This document shows positions 27,990 to 41,933 of a DNA stretch of 64,000 nucleotides, piece by piece. Source of the stretch: Octopus sinensis (Eukaryota); NCBI RefSeq assembly GCF_006345805.1, contig NC_042998.1, positions 49,910,001 to 49,974,000 on the forward strand. Reading direction: 5' to 3'. The position numbers were made by a program, and so were the translations under genes. Each line of letters begins with the position of its first letter. The first letter of the stretch is position 1. The notes beneath the pieces were generated by a model, which saw only the letters and a list, made by a program, of their open reading frames with translations, did not search any database and had not been told where the DNA came from.

Positions 27990-28544
27990 CAATAACATTT
28001 ATAGCTCTAATAGGCTTTCATATAGTAGAACATCAAGAGGACGTTATGCTTACTAAAAGTGGTTAACGCATATTGTTAAATACTTTAAGGTCACCAGATA
28101 ATGCATAAATGAGGATCACGTTCCAGAGAAAAGCGATTTTGATGAAGAAGAATTCAATAAAATACTCAGCCAATAAGTTGGAGGAATATGGATATAATTT
28201 TTTAAAGAAAGTAAAAAAAAAAAAAAAACTGATCACGATTTACAGGCTTCATGTGGGCACTGAACCACGTATGTTATCACTACTCAAGCTCAACGTGTAT
28301 GTTTACTTGGTACATAATTAATAACTGTTTACGATTTTGATTGTGTTAATATTGCCTTGGAACTACGAAGGATCTGTAGATTATTGTAGATTGCAAAATC
28401 TAGAAGTTTTAGGAAAATCTGTAACTTGAGTAGGAAACGGGCAAAATATTTTCGTAACATAAAGGATGCCGTGTTGTGGGAAAGTATCTGGAGATGGATC
28501 TTGAAAACCGAAAAGAATGATGAGTCGTTACTGCAAAAAGTTTC

Positions 28545-28815
28545 ATTGCGGATCTGATCAACGGAACAGCCTGCTCATGGAATTAACGTGCAAATGGCTG
28601 AGCACACCACAGACATGCGTGCTCTTAGCGTAGTTCTCAGGGAAATTCAGCGTGACACAGAATGTGACAAGGCTGGACCATGAATTACAGGTACAACTCA
28701 TTGTTTTCAGCTGAGTGGGCTGAAGCAACGCGAAATAAAGCATTTTGCTCATGAACACAATGCATTGCCGTGAATCGAACTCACGTTCTTACGATCGTGA
28801 GCCGTATACCCTAAC
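28545..28815 (-). mobile_element. Family C SINE, diverged
   Basis: Body colinear with 606-913. Confidence 0.8.
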
Positions 28816-29559
28816 CGACTATCAGCAGGATAAATCCCTTCGTTATTGTCTTACGAAATAGAAAATGAAATGACTCGTTGCGTATAAGGGGTGGCACACG
28901 CAAAGAATCTTATTGTTATGTAAACCTTGCACACGTTAAAGAAAGCAAGTAAAACAGCAGTAGATCATGGTTAAAGGATGAATAAATATGTAAGTCAATT
29001 CCAACTATACTGCAGCAGAACAGAATACTGAGGATAACCAAAGTGAAAGCTTTCAGAACTACGAATTACGCTTCTAGATGTATTTTCAAAAACATAGCAC
29101 GAACATGATCAAATTTATGGTATGGCAAGATATACAGATTCTGTTATATATGTTTCACGTTAAGAACGGAGTACGTAAACAAATGCAGAGTTTACAAGAT
29201 GCACTGATGTATACTATGTTGCTATAACTAAAATTCCGTCAGATGTAATCTAATGTTTATACAAGAAATTTAAGAGCTTTCGGAAGATATTAAATGTAGC
29301 TTAAACTAGCGTAGAAAATTGTCCGAAGTTACGCTGATAAGGTCGACGTAGATGATAGATTGTCCATTTGTCATATATTATTGATTTTCTGTAAAATTGT
29401 ATTTCCATGTTTAGTCATATAAGCCATACTAATAGAAGTCATCGTTCGTGAGACAAACATAATACCACTCAACGTATCGTACCCGCAACTCACGCTACCT
29501 AAAACCGCTGACGGTAAATAATGAATTAATAATCAGTATCAAAATTATTGGCAACTTAC

Positions 29560-29764
29560 CTCAATGAACGGCTTTGGCTGCCGTAACACAATGTATTCGT
29601 AACCACAAATTTCACACCTGTTCATATAAGAAGATCCTAACCATCGTTCCAAACATGTTACATGTAGCTTCCCCATTGATCCAGTACAATAACAAGGCGA
29701 AATAAGTTTAGCTGTGCTCTCTCCTTCATGGCAAATACGACATATAGATGCATCACTGCTACTA
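29560..29764 (-). CDS. MARCHF3: MARCH2/3-like E3 ligase, RING-CH (C4HC3) exon (phase 2 to phase 0, 205 nt)
   Basis: atttctcttcttgcag|T AGT AGC...TTC ATT GAG|gtaagt. Translates SSSDASICRICHEGESTAKLISPCYCTGSMGKLHVTCLERWLGSSYMNRCEICGYEYIVLRQPKPFIE, with all eight RING-CH ligands and the conserved Trp. This frame is absent from the ORF track. Confidence 0.97.
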
Positions 29765-29862
29765 CTGCAAGAAGAGAAATAACATAATCAGAAAATAACG
29801 CTACAATAGTCAGACATAAAAAAAAAAAATTGTAATGGTTGGTAATAAAGGAATATATTATG

Positions 29863-30430
29863 CGGCGAGCTGGCAGAAACGTTAGCACGCCGGGTGAAAT
29901 GCTTAGCAGTATTTCGTCTGCCGCTACGTTCTGAGTTCAAATTCCGCCGAGGTCGACTTTGCCTTTCATCCTTTCGGGGTCGATTAAATAAGTACCAGTT
30001 ATGCACTGAGATCGACTTAATCCGTTTGTCTGTCCTTGTTTGTCCCCTCTGAGTTTAGCCCCTTGTGGGTAGTAAAGAAATAGGTATTTTTTCTGCCGCC
30101 ACGTTCTGAGTTTCAATTCCGCCGAGGTCGATTTTGCTTTTCATCCTTTCGGGATCGATTAAATAAGTACCAGTTACGCACTGGGGTCGATATAATCGAC
30201 TTAATCCGTTTGTCTGTCCTTGTTTGTCCCCTCTGTGTTTAGCCCCTTGTGGGTAGTAAAGAAATAGGTATTTCGTCTGCCGTTACGTTCTGAGTTCAAA
30301 TTCCGCCGAGGTTAACTTTGCCTTTCATCCTTTCGGGGCCAATAAAATAAGTACTCGTACATGACTGGAGTCGATGCAGTCGATTTATTCCATCCCCGAA
30401 ATTGCTGTCCTTGTGCCAAAAATAGAGACC
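29863..30430 (+). mobile_element. Family A SINE trimer (one head, three bodies)
   Basis: Tail-to-body junctions AAAGAAATA|GGTATTT near 30082 and 30267; last unit carries the old-type tail. Confidence 0.9.
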
Positions 30431-30835
30431 GATACAGAAATAGGTTCGCACATTTGGGTCAATTATATCCAAACCGGTATTTGAGTGATACTTATTTTCT
30501 CGAATACGAAATAATTAAATAAATAAAGAGGAGGTCGTCGCTGGTGCGACTCAAAACCAGAAAGCAAAAGAACATAAATAGATACAGGTAAGGACGTTTA
30601 CTGCTGGGTTACCTATTTGGCCACCATATTGCATAAATGCAATGTAGTAGTAAAACACCATCACCGAAAAAGAGAAAATGTTACCGTTTAGGAAGGTGAC
30701 ACTTCAGAATGTCCTACCCATTTGAATACGCAAGACTAAACAGAAAATATAAATGACTTTTTAGAAGCACGTCAACCTTGATCGTGCACATTTATGATTA
30801 AAAGTACACCAAATATGACATATATTTTATCGAGA

Positions 30836-31181
30836 TGTGAAGGCGCATGGCTCAGTGGTTAGAGCGTCGAGCTTATGATTGTGAGGCTGTGAGTTCGATT
30901 CCCGGACCGGGCTGTGTGTTGTGTTCTTGAGAAAGACACTTTATTTCACGTTGCTCCAGTTTACTCAGCTGTAGAAATGAGTTGCGACATCACTGGTGCC
31001 ATGCTGCATCGGCCTTTGTCTTTCCCTTGGATAACATCAGTGGTGTGGAGAAGGGAGGCAGGTATGCATGGGCGACTGCTAGCCTTCCACAAATAATCTT
31101 ACCCTGACTTGTGCCTCGGAGGGTAAATTTCTAGGTGCATTCCCATGGTCATTCATGACCGAAGGTGGGTGGTCTCCTTCA
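30836..31181 (+). mobile_element. tRNA-derived SINE (family C variant) with 14-bp TSD
   Basis: ATATTTTATCGAGA at 30822-30835 and 31182-31195; TGGCTCAGTGGTTAGAGC and GTTCGATTCCC boxes. Confidence 0.93.
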
Positions 31182-31854
31182 ATATTTTATCGAGACAAAC
31201 TAAAATATTAGTACATCCTCAAAGGCGAAAAACTGGCAGAATCGTTACCATATTGAACAAAATACTTAGCGGCATTTCGTCTGTCTTTGTGTTCTGAGTT
31301 CAAATTCCGTCGACGTCAACTTTGCCTTTCATCTTTTCGGGGTCAATGTAATCGACTAGTCCCCTCTTCGAAATTGTCAGCTTTTTGTCAAAATTTGGAA
31401 CCAATATATTTCTACATTCTCAAATTGCCTTTTACTGCGTGGGCGCTGGTTGTATTAAAAATAAAACTTCAAGAGAAATGTGAATTGCTGAAAATATGCC
31501 GTTAATAAGATTAGCTTGACTGGAAGACGGCAATTTTATCCGCAACTTTACCCGTTTTTTTCTTTTTAGTGATATTTGAAGTTGATAACATTTGGAGTGG
31601 GAAAGGCATTCTTCTCACGTTTGGCAATTTTGGCCGCACTCTACAACTTATTCTATAACCATACGGAAACGGAAAATTAACTGTTTTATCATATCAAACG
31701 AAAACTGATTGGACTCAAACAACAAGAGCAACAGAAACAACAATAAACATAACATTGATATTAATACACCATATTAGTTCAATGGTGATGGAGAAATAGC
31801 AATGATGAGGATAATGATGATAATAATTACAGCAAAAATAACAATAATATAATA

Positions 31855-32250
31855 ATGATTTCAAATTTTGGCACAAGGTCAGCAATTTTTTAGGGAAGGG
31901 GGTTAGTCGATTCATCAACTAAGTATTCAACTGGTACTTATTTTATCGACCTCAAAAGGATGAAAGGAAAAATAGACTTCGGCGGAATTTGAACTCAGAA
32001 CGTAAGGACGGGCGAAATACCTATTTCTTTACTACTCACAAGGGTAGTAAACACAGAGAGGACAAACAAGGACAGAGAGATTAAGTCGATTATATCGACC
32101 CCAGTGCGTAACTGGTACTTATTTAATCGACACCGAAAGGATGAAAGGCAAAGTCGACCTCGGCGGAATTTGAACTCAGAACATAACGGCAGGCGAAATA
32201 CCGCTAGGCATTTCGCCCGGCGTGCTAACGTTTCTACCAGTTCGCCGCCT
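31855..32250 (-). mobile_element. Family A SINE dimer
   Basis: Young unit joined to an old body at gaaatacc|tatttcttt (~32021). Confidence 0.88.
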
Positions 32251-32499
32251 TAATAATGATAATAATGATCTTTTCTACTGGAAGTACCAGGCCTCAAATT
32301 TGAGGGAAGAGATTAAGTCGATTACATCGACTACGGTGCGTCTCCAAGCACACACACACACACACACACACACGCGCGCGCGCGCACACACATGTATGAT
32401 TGGAGACCTAATGGTTAGGGTGTTGCATTAACGATTGCGAGAACAAATCTGGAGAAATATTAACTATTTTCAAAATAGCTTATGTTGTAAAGATTCATA

Positions 32500-33900
32500 T
32501 GGATGGAAAGATTGTTTGCTGATCATGAAAGACACCACCTAAGGTTGTTGGAGGGAGGAGAGCATGAGAACGGTATTGATTAACTACCAGAAGGACGCAT
32601 CTCATTCTTGGAACGTGTAAACATGACCTATAAGTTAGTTAGTACCTGTGATATGTAAATATATTAAAAGCATTATGAGTATATATAAAACAATTCTGCA
32701 GATACAGAGAAAAGGGGATTATAAAAAAGTTAAAACTGTGTACATTTGATTAGGAATATTTTAAAAAGACACCCCTTCTATAATTCTTTACTGCTTGGCG
32801 CAAACACTTTTAGCCATCGGGTTACACCAGACAGAACTCGGATACATATGCTATAGGAGGACAATCTGTCGACTTTCGTGCATGGAAATTATTCGGTGCA
32901 GATAGTAAAGAACTAGAAACACTGCTGCAAAGTGTATATGAATTCACAAGAAGTATTGGTATGAGATTTAGATTAGAAAAGTGCACCTGGGCAAATTTTA
33001 AGAGAGAATACTTCATTCATAATACGAATACCTTGATATATAAAGAAACAGGGATAAAAGAAATAAACTGAATACAAACAAAAATTTGGAAATCAATGAG
33101 CTTGACTAAGTGCAACACACACAAACGAAAAAAAATGTTTGGACAGGATGTTATAGTCGCATAATATAAATATTTAAAACAGAAGTAAAAGCAAGAATAA
33201 GGTGATAAGCATCTTGTCTCGTTGATTTACTAATAAGTTACACTTAAAATAGTTTACTGTACGCTAAATTAATTAGACTAGACAAAAAAGAACATTGAAA
33301 AATTATATTTATCACAAATAAGGGAGATATTGGCTTCAAACAACTAAAAAACTATTATACAATCTATATGATTATAAACATATTTAGTTATAAGGAAATA
33401 ATAATAGAAATAATTTTTGACATGAACAAAAAAAATAAGATTGTTTCTGCCCTCAAGAATGTAAGAAACGCGAAAACTGAAGTGGTAGGCAGTTATGGGC
33501 AAAGAGAGAAAAAGTATAAGAAACTGAGGAAAAATCTCAAACACTAAGCTGAAATAAGGGCTATATAATGACATACCAAAGAAATAGAAAAAGAAAAGTA
33601 TGGCCAAATGCCAGAAAAGACTAGCAGAGTGGAAATAGGAAAGGATGGACCGACTATGAAGCACGTGACTTTATGACCGAATATTTCTTGAATGCAGCAC
33701 AAAAGAGAAATCTTCTCAACAGAAAGCCCTGCCAACACAAAAGTATGCAATGAAGCAAACTACGTTCGTTGAGGATTGTGGAGAGTGGGAAAACAATTTA
33801 CCTCGTCTCAAGATATCCAGCACTAAAAGTATATCTTCAAGCAAAACAAAATTTGGTCTTTTGAACACAGCAAACTATGTGAATATTATGAAATTCCAAA
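32500..33900 (+). mobile_element. Highly decayed R4/Dong-like LINE (RT and downstream region)
   Basis: GIF*KDTPSIILYCLA (cf. GIFQGDSLSPLLFCLA), KLFGADSKELETLLQSVYEFTRSIGMRFRLEKC (cf. KLYA..IGMEFGLDKC), EYFLNAAQKRNL (cf. EGFIIAAQDQSL). Confidence 0.72.
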
Positions 33901-34390
33901 AGATAAAATGTGCAAAAGAAAAAGGTATCAATGTATGACAAAGCAACAAACAATATGTCAGTTCCCAGAGGTAAGGATATTGAGGTTAACCGCTGGTTAT
34001 CCACCAAGGAAGGAATTGTCGCCAAATGAAGATTTCACGCGATAAAATATTTTAAAAAGAAATGCACAGATTATCCAAATGTTTTGATATAAAAATAGAA
34101 AAATGCAGAATGTGGGAACTGAAAACAAAAACAACCCCTACAAATCCTTATCGAACGTAATAAGAAAGTGAAAATAAAACACAGGGCTTTAAAATGTGTT
34201 TAACTTATAAAAAAAGTAGTCTGAAGCAAAAGGGTTGTTCCTAGTAGTAAGCCGATAAAGCATGTTCACTGCGTCTGTACCGATGGATGCACTACAACCA
34301 GTTGTACAGCATCCCACCAGCGAGGGATCGATGCATAATGTGTGAGCATAAAAATTTCTCACATATTCCATTTTCCGTTTCTATCATTTG

Positions 34391-34419
<29 letters not shown>

Positions 34420-34433
<14 letters not shown>

Positions 34434-34792
34434 ATAATTAGTCAAGGAACTATAGTCCCTTACGGATGCGAGCATCCTAGTTTACCGGTTTATATCAGCG
34501 TTCAGAGAAAACCAAGTATATTAGTTAACCAACGAAACGTATTGGTAGTTGAATAAATATTTTAAAATAAGAAAATGAATTAAAACTTTCGTACAGATGT
34601 TTTTACTTAAAGACATTCAAATTCATACATAGAAATTCCTTCCTACAGCTGTTTCACAAGGAGTTTCCTTTCTGTGGAAGAGCGTAGGTTCGAAACGTTA
34701 AAGACTTTTTCACTTCCTGAGCGTTAAACTAATACATCTGTCTGTTGTCTACACCACTTGTCTTCGTCTTTTGTTGTTTTGTGAATTCTCCC

Positions 34793-34877
<85 letters not shown>

Positions 34878-36240
34878 TAATCCAAACAAGAAAACAAAAA
34901 CAAAAAAACACAACAACGCAAGGACGTGGAACAAATAAAGTATTATTGGACGCCTAGGAAAGAAGGGAAGAAGGAAAGATCCCGAGAAGGGAAGACAGAG
35001 GAAAAAAATCGCCAGTGGTACAGACGAGGTCACATACATACATACGTAAAAAATATATATTCTTGATCTGAATTCATTAATGTCCTTCGTTGATTATGGT
35101 TTTACCTTTTTGTTAGATATTTATTTCCTATCATCTGTGTTCTCTAGTAAATTCCCTGGATCTTTTACTATTTTCCTGTTTTTTTTTCCAGAAAGCTTTT
35201 AACCTTTTTACTCATCACAAAATTCAAGCATTTTTCACGCGGTTTAAAATTTTAATTTAAATTTCCGCCTTTGTTAAAAAATGTTTTTCATTTCAAAGTA
35301 TTTTTGTTATACACTTCCACACACAGCAATAGCAACACCTTCCACATTACTCTCGCCACCATATGTGATTCATCAATATCTTTATTCTCACACACCCGTA
35401 CAAGCTCTCACATTCTAACGCGCTTTTATACCACTAATCTAACAATTACACGGACTGAGTCCTTCCACATATATGTCTACTTCAAGATCAATTAAGAAAT
35501 ATATGTTATGCAGACAGAATAAAATTAAATGTATATCCTCTTTACACTTCTATGCAAGTTCCACAACGTAATACATTTTGATACTTGCATTCACACATCC
35601 GTCATTTGATCCTTTCTTTAACCTCCCCTGTAAAAATTTCCCTGCCCTCTCTTGTATATTGTATTTTCTCTGACGTTTTATCTTTTATTCTCTCTCACTA
35701 TATTTCCCTATTTCTTTTCTTGCGATGAAGGACTCACGGACGAAGCGTTAAGAGACTCACTCTTTCCTAATGCTATATTTGTCAAATTTTGTTCTCGTGT
35801 AGTGTGTTTAATGTATATCTGCACCTGGTAAGATTATACGGAAAAGAGCTGAGAGAATTTATTCGTAGACTAGACATTAACCATAACTACATAAAGAACA
35901 TTTCTGCAAGACATACTTGCCCTAAAAATATTTAACTTGCATATAAAAAATTCTTTTCTTTCTTTTTTCTCTACTATAGAACAATTAACGATTTATGCCT
36001 TTTAAAGCTAAAAACTATTTTCTCTTTATAAGAAACTTTGTAAAATTTTGAATTTGGTTTCATTTATTTGTCTCAGGTTATACCGTGCTGATGATTCCAA
36101 AGGAGGGTGAAATAGCGTATTACATAGCTACTAAGGACTAGAAACATTAAAAAGATGTTATGTAGACAGAAAACAATTAAATGCATTACCCACTTTACAC
36201 TTTGATGGAAGTTTCCCTATAATATAAATCACCAGGAGTA
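34420..36240. mobile_element. Cluster of Penelope-like terminal fragments among (TA)n, with hammerhead-like motifs
   Basis: Motifs at 34668-34703, 35717-35753 and 36083-36136; pyrimidine-rich tails ending at (TA)n. Family assignment is inferred from motif context. Confidence 0.5.
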
Positions 36241-36246
36241 TACCCC

Positions 36247-36307
<61 letters not shown>

Positions 36308-36840
36308 TGTATGTATGCATGTGCATCAGAGTATATTGAATGTTGCAAATGTGTTCTGTTCTTTTTTTCTATATAAGTGGTTTATATAATTGACTTATGA
36401 ACAATTCATTGTCTTCCTCACAGTATATCGTATTATCGACCAAATTCAAGGGAGACAAGCTTTGTATACCCGCTGTAAATTTCCCCTTCGACTAAAACAG
36501 ACAGTGCTTACCGTTTGGCGGAACAGGATGCAATAACATTGAACAGGAATGATACGTACTTTTTAACATCTTTAAAGAGATACTAGAAATAATAAGAATG
36601 CAAAGCCTATACCAGTCGGTGATCGAAGTGCTTTGAAACTGTCTCAAAACACATTTAATATCAACAAATGTGCTGCGTTTCTTTTTATTCTTCCCTGTCC
36701 CTTATTGAAGCATTGTACATACATACATACATACATACATACATACATACATACATACATACATACATACATACATAGATATTATACACATACACATATA
36801 CACACACACATATGCACAAACACATACATGCACATGTATG

Positions 36841-36874
<34 letters not shown>

Positions 36875-36917
36875 TGTATGTATGTATGTATGTATGTATC
36901 TATCTCTCTCTCTCTCA

Positions 36918-36948
<31 letters not shown>

Positions 36949-37239
36949 CATTTTTACACGCATATATATGCAAACACACATAATTTATGCATAAATCTAG
37001 ATATGTGAGTATGCATGTGTGTGTGTGTATGTGTGACGTGTCTTCTTAGGAAGTTTGAGAGCTGTATGTGTTTCTTATACATTTTTCTCCACGAGCGTGC
37101 GATCTCGAAGGTGTTATTGAATCTTACTATTTTTCTTAATTACCATTATAATTCTAATTTATAGTTTTAAAGCAGAATATTCTCGAAACAACAGTCAAAC
37201 ATGTTGTCACTTCCCCAGAAACAATTCGTTATGATAATA

Positions 37240-37495
37240 ATAAAATAAATGCGCCCTTTTAAAGCCTAGTCAGGCTCATGGGCCCGGTTTGCTGGTTTCA
37301 ATGGTGTATGTGTTCCCCAGCTGGATGGGACGCCAGTCCAACACAGCGTTACTCATTTTTGCCAGGTGAGTGGACTGGAGAACGTGAAATGAAGTGTTCT
37401 GCTCAAGAACACAACGCGTCGCCGGGTCAAGAATCGAAACCACAATCTTACGATCATGATGCTGACACCCTAACCACTAAGCCAAGCGCTTCCAC
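37240..37495 (-). mobile_element. Family C SINE with TSD
   Basis: CGTTATGATAATA / CGTTACGATAATA flanks; tRNA-like head. Confidence 0.85.
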
Positions 37496-38174
37496 CGTTA
37501 CGATAATATCGATTTTGAAAGGGAAAATTAGTATAAAATATTATTTCCTTGGATTCTGTAATTAAAACGAAGGCACCCTGAAAACATAGTGAATCTAATA
37601 CCGTAACAACGTGTGAAACGCTAAATACCATTGGAAATCTGTCAATCTCAGCATTACGAGATTGCTACTATTATGATGGTTATAAATCTAGGGTTCAACA
37701 GAGGATTAACGAAATAAATTGTAAAGTTGTAAACTAAGATGAACGTGATCTCATTCTGCTTTCACTTCGTGCTGCTAACCATGTTGTAGTGGCGGCAATT
37801 TTTATTGCTTGGGTGTCAAATTCGGACGCTTTATTCATTATAGCACTAGGCATGGCTGTCTGGTTAGAAGATCTCTTGATAATTACAGAGTTTCGAGTTC
37901 AGTCCTACTATGGGTTAGCTTGAGCTCGTGTCTACTACTACAGCACCGAACCGGCTAGTGCATTTGTGAGTGAGACTGGTAGACGGAAACTGTGTGGAAA
38001 CCAGTATCTATACACACACAGACATATGTATATATATTCTTTTGCTTATTTCAGTCATTTGACTGCAGCCATGCTGGAGCACCACCTTTATTCGAACAAA
38101 TCGTCTCCAGGACTTACTGTTTGTAAGCATAGTACTTATTCTATCGGTCTCTTTTGCCGAATCGCTAAGTGACA

Positions 38175-38526
38175 GGGTCGATTAGATTGGCCCCAGTACG
38201 CAACTGGTAGTTAATTTATCGACCCCAAAAGGATGAAAGGAAAAGTCAACCTCGGTGGAATTTGAACTCAGAACGTAAAGACAGATGAAATACCTATTTC
38301 TATTACTGCCCACAAGGGGCTAAACACAGAGGGGACAAACAATGACAGACATACGGATTAAGTCGATTACATCGACCTCAGTGCGTAACTGGTACTTATT
38401 TAATCGACCTCGAATGGATGAAAGGCAGAGTCGACCTCGGCGGAACTTGAACTCAGAACGGAACGGCAGACGAAATACTGCTAAGCATTTCACCCGGCGT
38501 GCTGCCGTTTCTGCCAGCTCGCCACC
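38175..38526 (-). mobile_element. Family A SINE dimer abutting a family B fragment
   Basis: Junction gaaatacc|tatttct near 38294. Confidence 0.85.
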
Positions 38527-38699
38527 TTTTAAATAGGTATCAATATTGTACTAACAATGTAAGACTCATCCTTTTAAATATGGGAGCACAGTGAAATTAT
38601 TGCTAGCATTTTCATATTAACTAGCAGTGCTAACTAAAAATCCCAACTATGCAATTCCTTCCTTAGAACTGAATGGTGGATTGTAGAAGTTACAAGTGG

Positions 38700-40170
38700 C
38701 AGCCAAAGCAGCAGCAGTATTAGTAGTAGAGGTACTACAGTGGTAGTAGTAATAGTAGTAGTAGTAGTAACGATGGTAGTAGTACTTGTATTAGTAGTGG
38801 TGGGGCGCTGGTGTGTACTGTAGAATTGACGGTGGAGGTAGAATATGTAGTAGAAGCAGTAGTAAGTCTTCGTCGTCGTAGTAGGAGTAGTGGTGGTGGT
38901 AGTGGAAGTAGTAGTAGTAGTGGTTGTGGTAGTAGTGGTGGTGGTGGAAGTGGTGGAAGTGGTGGTAGTGGTGGTGTTGGTAGTAGTGGTGGTGGTGGTA
39001 GTGGTGGTGGTAGTAGTAGGAGTATTCGGAGGAAGAGGAGGAGGAGGAAGAAGAGGAAGAAGTGGAAGAGGAGAAGTAGCAGTGATAGTTGTAGTAGTAA
39101 TACCATCCTGTTTACTGAAATCATGATAACCATTATAGTACCTTTCAAATAAACTTTGAAAGAGCTTTGGAAAGAAATATTTAATTTCTTCTGAATCGAA
39201 AAAAAAAAATTAAAGGAGATAATTAAATAAATAATTAAATAAAATAAATAGATGGAAAAGAAGGGAGAACGAGCAGCAGTGAAAAGAAGTAAAAGAGCGA
39301 GGAGAAAAAAAATATAGAAAGCAGAGATAGCGTTAGTGAAATTATAAGAAAAATACAAAAACAGAAAAAAAAAAGAATGCAAGAACAGAAGAAAGGGAAG
39401 AAGCTCAGGGGAGGGGAGCGAGGTGGGGGTTGGTTTCCTTTGTTATTCATAAACCCCGCTAAAAAAGCCAACCAAAGTACCAGCTGGAATTCTGTAAATA
39501 ATCCATCGAATCAGGTTGAATGAAATATTCCAACAGGCTATAAATTAATATCAAGAACTGCTGGTTTTCATACAAATTATGTTTTCTTTTCATCCTCCAC
39601 CGGTTTCCTCCTCATCCTCCGCCTCCTCCTCCTCCTCCTTCATCGTCTCATCATCACCAACGTCATCGTGATTCACCGTCGTCGTCGTCGTCGTTATCAT
39701 CAACGTCCTTTACCATCGTCATCTTTACTAGTACCACCGATACCAACCAACCTACCATCACCACAACTATGACAGATATATTTCCTACTAGTCAATACAC
39801 CACCGCTTGTACCTCCCCCGCCAGCGTCCATCATCATCGTCGTCAGCAGCAGCAGCAGCAGCAGCAGCAAGAGCAACATCTTGATATTCATAATTAATGC
39901 CATCATCACTGTACCACCACCACCACCACCACTACACCACCACCATCACTACCACCACCACCACCACCTCCAATACTATGGCCACTGTGTTCCCAACCAC
40001 TCCTACGACCGTGTCTCCTACTATAACCATAATCATGACCAAGACAATCATCATCATGAATACCACCACCGCCACCACCACCAATACCACCACCACCAAC
40101 CACCACCACCACCACCACCACCATCACAGTCATTATCATCATCATCGTCGTCATCATCATCCCCATCACT
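38700..40170. repeat. Trinucleotide low-complexity region (GTA/GTG/GAG then CTC/CAT/CAC)
   Basis: Read directly. Confidence 0.9.
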
Positions 40171-41092
40171 AGCCACGCATTTGGACAAGCCAACTCAAAT
40201 CATTTGTGTTAATAAGATTAGAATCAGATCATAAATACTGCTCAGCTCAAACAAGAGATCATGTTCTGCAACACTTCAAAGAGGATTTAGCGGATAGTTT
40301 GCTGATGAGATAATCTCATTTCAGAGCAAGTTTCTCTCAGTAACGCAACATTCATGAGTGCAGGTTCGTTATTTCCTGCTTTGGACAATTAAGTAAATCT
40401 CTCTCTTTGTCAGATCATTCAGGATCTTAATGAAATACCTGCCAAAGTTCGTTAAAGTGACTTGACTGACAAAACCTATTGTTGCTATTGTTGTCGTTGT
40501 TTTTGAGGCCTAGATAGGCTCTAATATACTGTTTTGCTTTGCCTTTAACCCTCAACTCTTGGTAGAATCCTAAGGGCGATGTCACAACATGTAGCAGCCG
40601 TCCAAGAATTTGGACCTGGAGATCTCCATTTCCAGCGACTTCGAGGGCCACCTCCCAGTGGGGTCGGGCGTCAACGAAGAGCCCTCAACTACAAGACGAC
40701 CAAAGTTTTTTTTCCCCAAGGTCTGGGGTCTCCCGCCCCTAAACCCTAGACCATCACCCAATCACCCTTACCCGTCTTGTTGCTTAACAACAACAACAAC
40801 AACATGTTGCATATCTTAGGCATTGTTTTAGAAATATTGGAGCCCATTCCACATCAAGTCTAATCACAGTCGATTTCTTTTTGGAAGAGAGATAGAAAAA
40901 CAGAAGAAAAATAAATGGAAAGAGGACAACCAAGACTGGTACTCAGAACACGTCCTTTTTTCCTCGATCCTGAAAAGATGAAACGTGAAATTGACGCAAG
41001 AAGTATTTGAACACTGGGCACCGTTATCTGAAACGAATGTAATCTATGCAACGCTCTAACGAGTCAATAATTTTAATACTACAGACATATAA

Positions 41093-41640
41093 AAGCGGTG
41101 AGCAAGCAGAATCATTAGCACGCCGGGCAAAATGCTTAGCAGCATTTCATCTATCTTCATATTCTGAGTTCAAATTCCACCGAATTGAACTTTCGTCCTT
41201 TCGAGGTCAATAAAATAAGTACCAGATGAATACTGGAGTCCATGTATTACCTCTCCCCCGAAATTGCTGGTCTTGCGCCAAAATTTGAAACCTCCGAGAG
41301 CGACTTTGGCTTTCATCCCTTCGGGGTTGATAAAATAAGTACCAGTGGAGCATTTGCCTCGTTCTAATCGAGCTGGCTCCTTCCCCAAAATATCTGGCCT
41401 TGTGTCAAAATTTGAAACCAATATTACAGACCTATGAATGCGGTGAGCAGGCAGATTCGTTACCACGCCGGAGAAAACGACTTAGAGGCATTTCGTCCGT
41501 CTTTACGTTCTGCTTTCAAATTTTTCCGATATTGACATTGTCGATAAAATAAGTACCAGTTGAACACGGGGGTTGCTGCAATTGACTTACCCCTTCCACT
41601 AGAATTGCTGACCTTGTGCCAAAATCTTAAATCAATATTA
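41093..41640 (+). mobile_element. Three tandem old family A SINE units
   Basis: Three AAAATAAGTACCAG cores, each followed by an old-type tail. Confidence 0.8.
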
Positions 41641-41870
41641 CTATGATGACAGATGTTGCAAATCTGATAATATTCATATTGGTAATTTTGTTTGTTTCAA
41701 ATATAAATGGTTTTAGGTTTGCATTTTCCTATTGGTCTCTTCCTTTTTAGAATACGTTAATGTAAAATATGAGGGCGATTCAGTTGCTATTTTTAGCAGA
41801 TCGAGCAACAATTATCTATGATACAAATCGCTAATGAATGATGAGTTCACACACACACACGCGCGCGCGC

Positions 41871-41933
<63 letters not shown>

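Noticed and set aside
30836-30910. tRNA genes at SINE heads
   Set aside because: A/B boxes run into SINE bodies with TSDs; no complete cloverleaf.
36512-36582. Possible extra 71-nt minus-strand exon (ttctag|...|gtaagc)
   Set aside because: It would exit in phase 1, incompatible with the phase-2 RING exon, and shows no homology.
40230-40440. Possible hAT transposase remnant
   Set aside because: Similarity too weak to support without a search.
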